DNA of 63,846 nt, filler included, from Reticulomyxa filosa (taxonomy: Eukaryota; Protista; Foraminifera): assembly GCA_000512085.1 (NCBI GenBank). It is 14 parts of 14 records of this genome, joined end to end, with 100 filler letters (N's around TTAATTAATTAA, not from the genome) between each part and the next. Parts side by side here need not be neighbours in the genome. Positions count along the whole stretch, not along the records: positions 1 to 6,307 come from ASPP01029526.1; positions 6,408 to 12,201 come from ASPP01040291.1; positions 12,302 to 14,482 come from ASPP01010130.1; 11 more parts are not named here. The stretch is one strand, 5' to 3'. The position numbers and the translations under genes are program-made. The notes below the pieces were generated by a model. It did no database searches. It was given only the letters and a program-made list of their open reading frames with translations, and had not been told where the DNA came from. Shown in pieces: positions 1-13,012 of the stretch (its first letter is position 1; each line of letters begins with the position of its first letter).

Positions 1-663
1 ATTTTAAAGTCTGTAGAGTTAGTGATATGACCTTCAACAAATCAAGACAAATAACATACCTACTTTTGTTCGACATTGCACTTGGTCATTTTAGTTTTCT
101 TTGAAAAGTCTTTTTAATAAAAAAGAATGCTTGCTAAAAGCACCAGTGTTGTAAAAGACTACATTCTACTTCAGGTATGCAAGCACGAAATAGACAGCTC
201 TTTGTTGTTTGTTACTAAAACACAAACATTACAAAAACAAAAATAAAAAAAATTGAACTACATCCCCCCATCTAACGTTTTTTACAAAAAAAAAGTGGTT
301 AATTTTTTGAAAACAGGCTCAAAAAAAATAAAAAATGACCCACAAATAGGAAAAATGATCCAAATCGAAAAAAAGCAAGAACGTCTCGTATTAATAAATA
401 ATATCATTTTTCATTTTTTTATGACAAAAAAATTGATGTGCTATTTGACTAGTACATAATTAAACGATGACTATCATTTTCTTTTACTTTCAAAATTTTT
501 ATTTTCAATACAAATTAACAAATTTGTTGTCATTAACAACAAACAAAACCACAACTATCAATCCAAATGAACGATACGTACTTTTTTAAATCGAACAATC
601 TAAGTATGTAAAGCACAGCACGTAAAAAAAAAGAACTTCGGATAATCATTGTAAAATAAAAAA

Positions 664-1901
664 ATGCCAGACAAAGTCCATAGCCAACAAGTGATGTCCA
701 AACTAGCTACTCTAACAGAGCTTCTAGAGCAAGATGACGATGATGAGAGCCTAGGAGATGTGAGAGACGAAGATTACGAGCCTGAAACGTCAGAAGAGAA
801 CGAAGAGCACGTATTTGATGAAGTGGAAAAGATAAAAAAAGAAGTGGTAGGCGTGAAAAAAGAAAGAACAAAGACAAGCAAAAAACGCAATAATGGGAAG
901 GATAAAATGTTGGAGATGATAGATCGTGTAATGTTGGAGAAGCAATCGAGTTCAACGCACACAAACAAGCCATTGACAAGAGCAGAGCACTTACTTGAAA
1001 TGCAATATAAAATAATCGACGAACAAATTCAAAGGATGTGCGACAGAGCATCAGAGATCCGTAAAGAAAGGATGATAAAATCAAAGGCAACAGCAAAAGT
1101 AATGAGAGAAAGTGAAGAGCAAGTCAGTGAGCAAACAAAAATAAAAAACACAAAGAAATGGACATGCTTATCAGTGATGAAATGTTATCTCAAAAAGATT
1201 GCATCGATGTCATGGCTGACAATTCCATTTTAAATAAAAAACAAAGTGAAATGCTTCAAACCAAATTGAAACGTGAATTAATACATAAGCATGACAATTC
1301 ATCAATGTCAATGCCAACATCGATATCGACAATGACACATAAAACAAGCAATACACAAGGCACAAAAACAATAGGCGAAAAGCGCAAGCACGTGTGGGCG
1401 GTGAACTCATATCAAAAGGTGTGCAAACGTGCGCGATTGACGAATACTAATCAAATGAGCAATGACAGTTTGGTTGGTGGACTGAACGATGATTTGATGA
1501 ATCAGGATCAATTGATGCCTGCTGCAATCGAAAACAGAAGACACGACGAGGCTATACCTAATATCAAAGGAAACAAAGACGACGATCCCAATCTCTTTGA
1601 TGTTCAAATCTCAGATGATGAATCAAATCGTGAAAGTTGCCATATTTATGTGGGCGGATTGCATCCCGATATCACTGAAGACGACCTCCGCAAATTCTTT
1701 GCACACTGCGGCACACTCAAATCAGTGCGCATTGATTGGAGGAGAAAAGGCTATGGATTTATCACTTTTGGCAACCATAGTGATGCTCGCAATGCCATAA
1801 TTGATATGAACGCCAGAATTCTTCGTGGACAGCCTATCAAAGTTAAATGGGCCAGGTCTAGGCATCAAGCTAATGCCGCCCCTCCTTCAGATAAATCTTA
1901 A
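664..1901 (+). CDS. Protein with acidic/coiled-coil N-terminus and a C-terminal RRM; probably one gene split by a 1-nt frameshift in an A-run near 1130-1157
   Basis: ORF 1158-1901 has RNP2 (IYVGGL) and RNP1 (KGYGFITF) and ends RGQPIKVKWAR. It overlaps ORF 664-1233, and one extra A in the 'acaaaaataaaaaac' run joins the two frames. Confidence 0.7.
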
Positions 1902-4900
1902 TTTTTTTTTGTTTTGCATTGTCTTATTTTAAACTTCTTTTTAGCATTCGTAATCAATTTTTCTTTCCGGTTATATACTTTAACTTTATTCGCATACATT
2001 CTTTTGAAATGTCTTTTTTTGATCAAAGAAAAATCGGTATTACACAAGAGTTTTTCGTTCTTGATTTCTCCCTCCAACATTATCAATTTCATAAAAAACT
2101 GATTTTCAATCGATTAGAAGCAATATCATGTCACTTGCACTCTTATCCGGAACATGTTGCAATCTCTTCCTGGACTTAGTTCAATCTCTCGTAACTTCTC
2201 CAAGACGGCAAGCTCTAAGATGTACAACATGTATTAAATATGGAATCTCTAAATGATCTTCAATTTACATCCAAGAAAGTTACGCGCTCAAATACATTCA
2301 ATAATTGCGCATAATAAATTTTATGTGGTAATAAATACACAAGATGTTGTATTTCGATTAGATGATAAATGAAAAAAAAACTAAATGTAATTGGAAGAGC
2401 AATTATGAAATGTTACTGATAAAAAGAATGACATACAACTTGCATCAGCTACAATACGTTGATATTTTATTATATTAGATATAGTTTTTGGACTACGTTA
2501 CAATACATCAAGCAGTTTGCACGTTCGGACACAATTAAACTTGTATCGTCTTCTTTTTCATAACTTCACGACATATCTGTAGTTGCTGATTATTTATATC
2601 GAAGGAAATATTATATCTATCTATCTTTTGTGACGCACAAAGGTCATTGTAGACATTGTGCATGTAGATCATGTGGAAATGATATGCGCACTTTTAAATA
2701 TATGGCAGCGAAAGTATTGTAAGTATATACGTATGTGTTTTATTTGAGTAAAAGTTTTGAAAAACAAGAAATATAGTGAAACATTGATTTGATTTGAATG
2801 ACAATAGCAAGTGTTTGGACAGTTATTTAAAAAAACAATGGAAATTACAATAGTCCATAAACGATCAGGAATCGTAATACAATCTCAAAAATGAATTTAA
2901 AGTAAACAATTTGTGCGACTTTATCTGAAGGGAAGAAATTGAATATCATTATTAATAATATATTTTAAATTAAATATTAATTATTTAATATAATTTTAAT
3001 ACAAAAATCTAAAAAAGAAAAAACAAAAATTAAATAAAATTAAATGAACATACAATCAGGAATCTTGAACTATTCAAGCACACAAAGATTGTAAGTATGA
3101 TCGTACGATGAAATCAAAACAAAATTATTATAAGACAAAGTGGCAAAGACATAAACTAAACTGGAACTATCGACGCATCGTGCTTATGACGGCCGTTTTT
3201 CAGAAAGTTGTTGTTGACGAGGATTGCAAGTAATTATACAATTGGAGTGTTTGCTTGTAATCCTCTGCAATTAGATCAGTGCGGGCCATTGAAAGGGGTA
3301 TGCAATGCATCCCTAATCGCGTGAATATCTAATGGCACAAGCCACATGGCTGTCCATAGATAAACAGCGTCAATTGGAGTCGTCGTCATCGCTATGCTTG
3401 TCCACATCTGTGGACTCTTTCGCTTGCAGGACTGTGGCATCACGACTCCGACGAATGATGCAAACATTGCATCAAATAATCGGCCCGCTGGCGTGCGGAA
3501 CAACACTAAAAAAAAGGAGCCAATACAAGTAGTCAGGAATCAGGAATACCATGACGCCATTATAATAACCATAGCGCCATAGATAACATCCATGTCCAAT
3601 GAATAAAAAAACAAAACAAAAATGTAATGAAAAAAAAAGATTAATTGAAAACACACAATCAACAAGCAAGTACAAAAGGTGACACCATCCTACTCGTTAA
3701 AAAATAGATAAACAAGAGAAAGAAAAAGACAAGTGAAAAAATTAAAATGAATTGAAGTAAAAAATAAATGCAGTAAAAAACTGCAACATGTACAAAAAAA
3801 GAGCAACGAGTGGAAAAGTGCAAAAGGGGAAAGATGCAAAGGGGAAACGAGCAAAAAGGACAAATTCAATAATGAAAAAAGAAATAACAAAAAAAAAAAT
3901 TATAAAAAATCATATAAATATCCAACCATTGACGCCAGAAAACCGCGACTGATAAGACCATGCCAATCTATTCACAAAAAAAGACAAGTAATTAAATCGA
4001 TATATTGAATACAAGTATAAAGAATAGAATTAACTCCAATATCGGATCAATGTCGCATGACGGCCGTCGTCAGCCCATGAAAGATCGGCGCTTTGATATG
4101 TAATACTGTCTCTCTTCAGCCCTCTGTTAACAAGGCAACTGCCTGTAACAGCGAGGAGGGAGACTTTATCTAATGCCCATCCACGGATGGACACTGCCAC
4201 TTAGTCCTGCAAGCGTGACATTGTCGGGATGCATTTACTGCAAGCCTGTGACGTAACCTTGGCTTGTCTGCAATCACCGACGCGCCTTTCGCACGCATTT
4301 GTTGCGACATTGCATCGCAATTAGTAAGCGCTTTAGTGCGCTGAAGGCTGACTTGGCTCCGGTACACACCAAACAGGAACGCAAGAATACAGGAACCACC
4401 ATCAATCATTGCCATAATATCCATCTGCGATCAAAATAATCTGCAATCCACAATAAATGCGCCGGAATCCACAACCAAGGCGACATCGAACCCACAACCG
4501 CACTATCAATCACAAATAATCTTCGGTACCTATTTTGTTTGACATGGTGTTTTATGACTCCAAACTTTCAGTCATTTTTTTTATAAAAAAAAGACTGAAT
4601 TTGTTCGCCTAACTTCTTTGAAACGAAATTAACACAGGAATAAACAATTCTTTCACCACTAGCGCTGGACACACGAAACGAACTTGCTACGCAACTGTAG
4701 AAAAGGGGGGAAAAGTTCCTCCATAACAGCACACTTTAATTTTTTTTGTTGCAAGAAGAAATTGAATGCTTGCTTCCATTTAGAATTTCTTAACTTTGAA
4801 ATGTAGAAAAGAATTTGATTTTGTTATAATTAGTACTTTTTTGGAAAAACGAAGTTAAGTATGCGATTCAAATGAATGAAAATGAAAATAACAAATTATT

Positions 4901-4939
4901 AATGAATTTACTATGAATCCAAAACGAGACTAAACTAAA

Positions 4940-6260
4940 ACGGATGGTCGTTACTTTACACTTGCAGTCTTTTGATTACCATCAAACGTGACGATGTCTT
5001 CTTTTTTTTTGTGAACTTTTGCATTTGTATATATAATCTGTGAATGACAGCATTATCTGCCTTGTTGGCGAGCACAAGTAGCCAATTGTTTGCCAAAATT
5101 GGTAAACATTTGGAAGAATTACAAGTGACAGAGGAAGATTTGAAGCATATGTCTTTGACCGAGTTAATTGAAGAACCAGACTTGATAGCATTTGGCATTA
5201 AAGATCGTTAAGTGCTTTTCAAACGTTTTATTTGATCTGCCATTAGTAGCAAATATGCAAAATAAACTAGCATTTCGACGAAAATTTGTGCTAAAAAAAG
5301 TGGAAAAGTTGATTAAAAACAATGAGGCAAGCGATTCAAAGTACATAAGACACGTGTTTGACAATACAAAGTCGGACTTGTTTGTAAAAATTGGCCATCA
5401 TTTATTCGATTTACAAGTTGAAACGGATGATATCGAATCGATTGATGATTTGAAAAAATTTATTTCTTTGGAAGAACTTCAGACATTTGGAATTACCTCG
5501 GGTCAATTTATTGATCTAAAAAATATATATGCATATATGATATATAAAATATACATATATGTATATATAGAAGATAAATCGAATTTCGTGTATAAAAAGG
5601 CATTTCTGTTGATAACGAATTTGAAAGAAAATCTGCCCGAAGTGAAGGAGTTGGTGAATAAGCAACCGATGATGTTTTCTCCATCGATAATGGTCCAAGA
5701 GACACCAAGCAAGCCCATCCCGTCGATGTCACATATGCGACAGCAAAGTCGTAAGTTTACCTTATCCGGCCCTATCGACGCGAGGTCCTTTTGGCGATTC
5801 TATTTCGGACAGGTTGATTTGTTCGACAAGACTTTGTGACTACAATTCATATTGATAGACGTATGTATGATGTGTGTAATGAATATATCAATACACAAAT
5901 ATTAGCAAGACAAAGTGACAGAGGGACAAATGGAAGGCGCAGTTGTGTCGTTGATGGAAAGTCTACACGATGAGACTCGAATATCGGAATCCAACGTCCA
6001 ATGTGTGTTGTCCGCGATTGTCAGTCAACAACAACCCAAAGGACGTGACACCATGATTCACAAAGACTCGTTTTACACTTTTATCGACTCGTTTTACAGA
6101 GACAATGTCATTCGCTCTTTCATCCAATTGCAGGACGAATGTTTGTTTGTTTTTTTGTTTTGTTTTTTTGCAAAATGACTTTTCTTTATTTGCTTAAACA
6201 AAGATTGCTTTTATGTATTTGCAATAGTCTCGAAATTACAGAAAATTGAAAGCCAAGTTT
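4940..6260 (+). CDS. Multi-exon protein with two SAM-like repeats followed by a Cbl-TKB EF-hand-like region (ends uncertain, 3' cut by contig end)
   Basis: Spliced frames give the repeats SQLFAKIGKHLEELQV...DLIAFGIKDAFRRKFV and SDLFVKIGHHLFDLQV...ELQTFGITSEDKSNFV, then DARSFWRFYFGQQDKV...FYTFIDSF. Confidence 0.55.
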
Positions 6261-6307
6261 GTATGTGTAAATATATGTCGAAAAGTATTCCCTGCTATGT
6301 TATGTGA

Positions 6308-6407
6308 NNNNNNNNNNNNNNNNNNNNNNNNNNNNNNNNNNNNNNNNNNNNTTAATTAATTAANNNNNNNNNNNNNNNNNNNNNNNNNNNNNNNNNNNNN
6401 NNNNNNN
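6308..6407. other. Artificial contig linker N44-TTAATTAATTAA-N44 (first of 13)
   Basis: Identical 100-bp spacer with stops in all six frames. Others at 12202-12301, 14483-14582, 24855-24954, 27581-27680, 29600-29699, 35199-35298, 37152-37251, 51921-52020, 55496-55595, 58218-58317, 60847-60946, 62734-62833. Confidence 0.98.
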
Positions 6408-6708
6408 ACTTTTTGTTTTATTTGTTGATTTTGGGTTTATTCTTCCTTATCAAATTTATTCATTTTTGTTGAAAACTAACCCTAAAAATAAACAAGAATA
6501 ATTTTTTAAGTTTTTAATTTATGTTTAAAATTACATGATCTATAATGCATAGTATGATATAAGTCTCATATTCTCTTCAGTATGATAAAACCAAGTTTGT
6601 TCCTGCGAAAGAAAAGAGTTTTTTCTTTAAAAAGCAAACCTCTTTTTAGTTGGCGTTCTTGTGGTAATTTTTTGACTTTCCGTAAATTGTGAAAAAGAAA
6701 AGTAGAAC

Positions 6709-7892
6709 ATGGCACAAGCTCCAACGACCACTGAAAATGATGCGACCGCTCGTTTTGGCAAGATCAAGAAAATGGGCATTGTTTCTCAAGCGAACTTTTT
6801 CGTAAATGTTTGGTGGTCGGATCTTGCAGAGAATGACAAGTACAAAGACACGGTCGCGTTGGTATTGGGCAAATTTTACGAGCAGAACACCAGAGCTGGT
6901 GTATCGCCAAATTGTCTTTCTTTTCCTCAGGTGTGTTGGCTTTGGAATACCTTAAAGAAGGAAAAGAGGAGGGAGAAATTTTGTTTTTATTGAAAGTTTA
7001 TAATTTACATTGGATATCTAGTGCTTGCCAATGTACGAAAACAATACAGCTTTGCAACGTATTGCAACAATTGGAACAGCAAAATGAAATCGTTAAAGAA
7101 GCATTCGGTGGTAGTAGTGACAAATCAACCATGAAACAAAAATTTACTGGATTAAACCTTACATTATTAAGGTACGGCTTTCATTTTTTTTTTGAAAAGG
7201 GCAAGTCTAGGTTCCATTTTGTGGGACGTAGACAAAAAAAAAAAATTTCAAAACGCGGAATTAAAAATGTTTTGAACTTTGGAATGTGAATGTTTGGATA
7301 GTGAGGTTACTTTGCTGGAAACATATTTATTTTTGTTCGCTCTAGACGCCAACAACTTCATGAAAAAACCTTCCACTCCTTGTGAAGAAACCGTTAGCAA
7401 AGCGAAAACTGACCTGGCAGCTCTTGAAGCAAGTCAAAAAGAGATCTTAGGTAAAAAGGAAGCCCTGGAAGCGAAAATAGAAAAAAACAAATCCGAACAC
7501 AATTTGTCACCAATACAAGTGGCGCAAACGCAACAGGCACGTTACTTCCTTCACTCTTTCTCTTTTTGTTTAAATGTAAGGTTGAATAAATTTTGGCAAC
7601 ACTCAAACAAACAACAAAATTAGGAGTTGAATAAAGTTAATGAGCAGATTAATAGCGCAAAGGTGGAATATCAAAAGAAATTGAAAAGTGCAACCAAAGC
7701 AGTGGCTGAGGCCGAGCAAGCACTCGAAAAAGAGAAATCAACAGTTTTGTGTCCACAAGGGGAAGATGTTATTTTCTGATTTTTGTACATTTCCAATTCC
7801 GTTGGTTTGTTTGACAAACATAGGGCACTGAGGCAAGCAAGTGGTTAGCTAAGGTGTGCAACCAACAGCACATGAAATATGCCCAGTTCTAA
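6709..7892 (+). CDS. Divergent ABP34-like (34-kDa actin-bundling family) coiled-coil protein, multi-exon
   Basis: QANFFVNVWWSDL, EVTLLETYLFLF, KAKTDLAALE, a long coiled coil and C-terminal ASKWLAKVCNQQHMKYAQF* parallel the recalled Dictyostelium ABP34 layout. GT-AG introns. Confidence 0.55.
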
Positions 7893-8700
7893 AAAAACTA
7901 TGCAGAAAAACTGCAAGTGTGAATTTGTGAAGAAATTTTTTTTTTGGTTGTAAACTTTCAATGGCGTTGTGCTGAGACTTGCCAAAGCGCATTCGCAAAA
8001 TGATCCTTTTGGATACTTCCATAGTCAGTACGTTAAATGGAAAAAAACTCTACGAGTGTATATTTATCCCACGGATACATTTTCAACTACTTGCCACCGA
8101 AAAAAGGAGTAAACTTATAAGAGATTATCACAAGTATTTGGGGATTTGAAAAAACAAATTTTAGGGGCTAGTTTTTTGATGGTGGATATATTGCCGATAG
8201 TTCCTAAACTTATAAAAGCAACTAACGTTCATTCGATGAGTTTTTCTTTGTATCAAGAGTGTACATTTTTTGGTCCTTTAGGTGAATACAGAATAGCAAA
8301 GAAGCCAACAGATTTGGAAGTGTTCAAAGCAATAAAATATCAACAAATGGTGTCCAAAGTGGAAATTTTGGTGTCCATTGGTGAACAATTTTCTTTGAAG
8401 AGTATGAAAAATTTCACTAGGAAAAAACAAACATGTACCAACCAACAAAGTTCGTGCTGGTCAGTGCAAAATCCCAGTATAACTAGAGCGTACATTGAAA
8501 ATATGCATAACTTGCGTGGATGAAATTAGCACTTTTTTTTGGGAGTAAAAGTTTCATCACCCAAACCAATTTTGTCAAAGCTGCACATTTGAACCAAAAG
8601 AAGGGAAGAGAAGCTGAAGGGGAGAGGAGGGGGAGGAAATAATAATGAAGAAAAAAAAATTCTTTTTGGACTGTGCGTTATCTTATGTATGGAAAAAAAG

Positions 8701-9639
8701 CTAGTTGGATTCCTCTTCATCACTTTCCATATGAAACTGTTCTGTGGTTTCTTCATTTTGTTTGTGTTCATCATCTCCGTCCGCATCGGCTTCTTCTTCT
8801 TCCTCTTCTTCATTGTCATTGTCTTGAGTAGTGATGGCAGGTTTGTCCGGCTTTTTAGCTTGGGTGGTTTTTGAAGACAGAGAGTTGCCATTGGAGACGT
8901 GTTCCTCACTATAGCGAATGCGTGAGTGCGCCATGACGCTAGTTGTCACCGCTTTGGGCACTGTTGTGCGACCGCCGATTAATTGAAAGCAAGTAAAAGA
9001 GCCCACGGTCACTTTTTTGTTCGATTGCTCTTCACTTGTCTCTGTCTCTTTCTGTGTTTCCTCGGCATTTTGCTTTTTTCTTTTATTATTATTTTTGTCA
9101 TATCCATGGTATGTGTTTTAAACACTAATTCTTACATTGTTTTGTTTTAAAAAAAATTTGAAAATGTGTGATGTAAGTGCATACATTTCTTCTAATTTAT
9201 TGGAAGCTGAAGCAACAGTATATGGGTTTGGCCTCGCTTTTGGAAAAGGTGCGTACAGTCCATCTCGTAGTGATTTTGACACTGGGGCTTCTTTTGCTTT
9301 ATTCGCTTGATTTTGCAATGCTTTGTCATCTCCGGGCCCAAGACTGAAGTCGGGCACATTAATCACTCCTGGGTCTTTGGGCTTTATTGTCGGTGTTGGA
9401 GGCACATAGTTCCGATACCACTCGACTGGAATTGACTGACCCCGCCAATACACCCATTGCACACACACCATACACATCTCCTTTGTAATTTCGCTACTTT
9501 CTCTTTAATTTTGTTTGCTTTTTAATCATTTTCCTTTTCGCATCTGCAGATATAAAATCATGGTTTTAACCTGAGATATTATTGCAGGCTGCGATTTCTG
9601 TAGTCCACCTGTTTTTTGTATCTTCACTGGTTGGGCCAT
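8701..9639 (-). CDS. Hypothetical protein (about 3 exons) with acidic C-terminus
   Basis: MAQPVKIQKTGG exon, GC-richer exon 9185-9490 and acidic terminal exon 8701-9080 are joinable by GT-AG introns. Confidence 0.55.
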
Positions 9640-10353
9640 ACTGCTTCTAAGGAAACCACAAACTACAAAAAACTCTTCATACCCACTCTGCGACGCTACC
9701 TTTGGTGCTGTGGTTAGTATGATTTCAAATTTGGAAGAACAAGGCGGTGAAATAAGCTTATACTCTGACATTAGGCTTTTTCTATTGTTGTCAAACATTT
9801 TTATTTTACCTAAGAAAATTCTGCAGAAGAACAAATATGACGTTGAAAAAACAAATATTACAACGTTAGACAAAAGAATACAAAATAGATTAAAATGCAA
9901 CATACAAGCTCGAAACATAAATTAAAAGAAACTGTTGAAATTAAAAATAATTGTTTTACAGTTAACAAAAATAATGCCAAAAACACGGAAAAGTGTATTA
10001 CTAGAAACGAAATATATAAATATCTTACAAAATCAAAGTATATATGAACATAAAAGTTTAATTCGTCAAACTATTTTAAAAAATCTTTTTGTTATCTTTG
10101 AAATACACTTTAATTTTTAACCAAAAACTTAGTCATTGAAAACTTGAAGATGTGAAACTGCAAAAAGCAAAAAAAATTGTATAAAATCGCCATTTGTTAA
10201 ACCGTGTCAAGTAAAACACAAGCAAAAAAAATTTGTTTTTGGTGTTAGGGTGCTCGAAATAGAAAGCAGTAAAATAAAAATTGAGACTATTATTTTTTTC
10301 CCTCAATTTGTTTTTATTTTTTTGAAGAGTTTACAATACAAAAGTAAGCAGAG

Positions 10354-12104
10354 ATGTTTAAAGACGAGAACCGAAGAGAATTTCAACGAGGATTGGATTG
10401 TCAAGTAGGGAAGCAGAAACGCCACGAAGAAAGGCTGACTCTGCGAAAGCAAATCCGAGAAGGTTACTTGAACAAGCGTCGTAAAGCACTGACAGGGGAC
10501 ACAGAACCAATAAAGGGCATTGGACCAACAGCAACAAAGGAATCAAGTGGAGATAGAAATAGAGCAGATTCTCTAGTGCCCTCATGGGTTTCAATGGAAA
10601 ACTTAGAAAAATTTGCACAGCAATTGAAATCGAACAATTTTGATCAAGTGTTTGAAGCAGTGCAAGCCATTCGTCAAATGTTAAGTATTGAGGAAAAACC
10701 ACCTATCGAACAAGTATTCAAAGTCGGTGTCGTGCCTGACCTCCTGAACATTCTCAAAGAAAAAATTGAAGTTGCAGACCCCCGTCACAAGACACTAGAA
10801 GAAGAAAAAAAGTGCAAATTGCAATTTGAAGCGGCCTGGTATTTTCCCAAAAAAAAAAAAAAAAAAAAAAATTTAAATCCAACTTTAAAAAAAAATTAAA
10901 ATAAAATAAATGAAGGGCCTTGACCAATATCGCCAGTGGAGAACCGATTTACACTAAAAAATTGATTGAAATGGGATGTGTGGAAATATTTGTGGGATTA
11001 TTGAAAAACACCAAAGATATGGAGACTGTGGATCAAGTCATTTGGGGTTTAGGCAACATTGCTGGAGATTGTGCTCAATTTAGAGATAAAGTCTTAAATG
11101 TTAAGTTTGATTTTTTTTTTTGTATGTGTGTGGTAAGTGTTAACCTCATTTTTTTTTTTTGCGGATCTCTCAAATCGCGATTTTGCGAGGTAGGGATGAA
11201 AGGAGAGCTGATTGACCACTTTTTTTTTCACATTGAATATGTTAAGATAACAACAAAAAAACAACAATAAATGATAATATTATATTTAGACAGGAGTGTT
11301 GGAATTTTTGTTAAATAATTTGGAAAATTTTTCTGGAAACATGAAGCGAAATCCGGTGTGGACATTGAGCAACTTTTGTCGAGGAAGACCGTCAGCACCA
11401 TGGGAAAAAGTGTCGAAGATGTTGACTCCGCTGACGGAATTACTTATTGAAACGCGAGATTGTGAAGTGATGGCAGATATTTTATGGGCACTATCTTTTA
11501 TAACAGAGGACAAAGAAGACGATATTAAGATCATTCGAAATAGTTTGACTGGACAAGAAGAACAAATGTCATTGCAAGGAGTACGATTAGATGCGGTCAT
11601 CCATACTGGCGTTGTCCCTAAAATCATCAAGTTGACCAAGTTTGCAATTCAGTTGGGGGAAAATGCTTGGAATCGAATTGCCGAGGTTTACTATTGTAAA
11701 TTTTTTTCTTCTACTTTTATTCTCTTAGTAACCAATGGAATGTAACTCATAACCACATTTATTGTTGGTTGATATAACACATGGGTACATAAATCTTTAG
11801 TTGAGAGCAATGGAAGCAAGAGACGGACAAAAGACGGAGGAAAATATTCCCCCTGAAATAATTCAAAAATTGTCTACGAGTAACAATTTGATTGCCCCTT
11901 GTATTCGCGTCATTGGAAATATTGTTAGCGGGTCAGACGCACAAACGATGGAAGTTGTGAAAGCTGGCTTTTATGATATCATTGATTATTGTCTTGATCA
12001 TCGTCTTAAGAATATCAAAAAAGAATCTTGTTGGGCATTGTCCAATGTGGTCGCCGCTGCTGATAAACAATTGGATCTCTTTTTCCGTCAAAATAGTCTC
12101 ATCA
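10354..12104 (+). CDS. KPNA: Importin subunit alpha (karyopherin alpha), multi-exon, 3' truncated by contig end
   Basis: IBB domain (RHEERLTLRKQIREGYLNKRR) and ARM motifs QFEAAWALTNIASG, QVIWGLGNIAGD, WTLSNFCRG, KKESCWALSN. Intron 10839-10915 restores AAW/ALTN. Confidence 0.95.
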
Positions 12105-13012
12105 AGTTTTTTTTACATTTATATTGTTTATTCGTCATTGAATCTCTTCATGTCTTCCTCTCTTCTCTTTTGTTGGCAATGTCGACAATAATAATAATAA
12201 TNNNNNNNNNNNNNNNNNNNNNNNNNNNNNNNNNNNNNNNNNNNNTTAATTAATTAANNNNNNNNNNNNNNNNNNNNNNNNNNNNNNNNNNNNNNNNNNN
12301 NAAAAAAAAAAAAAAATTTATATTTTTTTTTTTTTTTTTTTTTTTGGGTGATATTTTCGTTTTTTTTTTTTTTTTTGACAATAGAATTACGAAAAGAATA
12401 TCGCTGAACCTTCGAATGGTCACTTTGAAAATGGGTGTCATTTTTTTGTAGTTTTGTAATGTGGACAGACTTATAACTTTAGAAACACATTTTGTCTACT
12501 TTTTTTTTTTATCGAGCCTTCTTTTTTTCTTCTCTTTTTTTTGTTGAAAACAAAAAAAAGAGGAAGAAGGGGGGAAGGAGACTTTTGAAAATCGCGCGGA
12601 CAAAAAAACGTTTTGAAAGGACGTTTTTTTGCTTACTTTGAGAACAAATTTTTTTTATATCTTTTTTAGTATTTGTGGTGTTTGTTGTAAATTTGAATGC
12701 AAAAAAGAATCAATGTTTGTCTCGTTACTTTGCAAAGGTCATTTGGTTTTTTTTTCTTCTCTTTTTTTTCATTCTTTCTTTCTGAGAATTGAACAATGTT
12801 TGCGAATGTTTTACACTTATAATTGAAAATTCCGGGCAATCTCGCAAAAACAAAGTTGTAAAAGTTTATTAAAACGAACGCTTTGAATTAATTCGTTTTT
12901 CAAAAGGGGGCATATAATATGAACAAAAAAAAAGCACAAATAAATAAATGTCAAAACGTGTAGCATGTGAAAGTTTTGACTCTTCGGGTTATCCGCCGAA
13001 CAAAAAAAAAAA

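Noticed and set aside
9420-9490. CVQWVYWRGQSIP as a HORMA-like motif
   Set aside because: No further HORMA motifs; the rest is low complexity.
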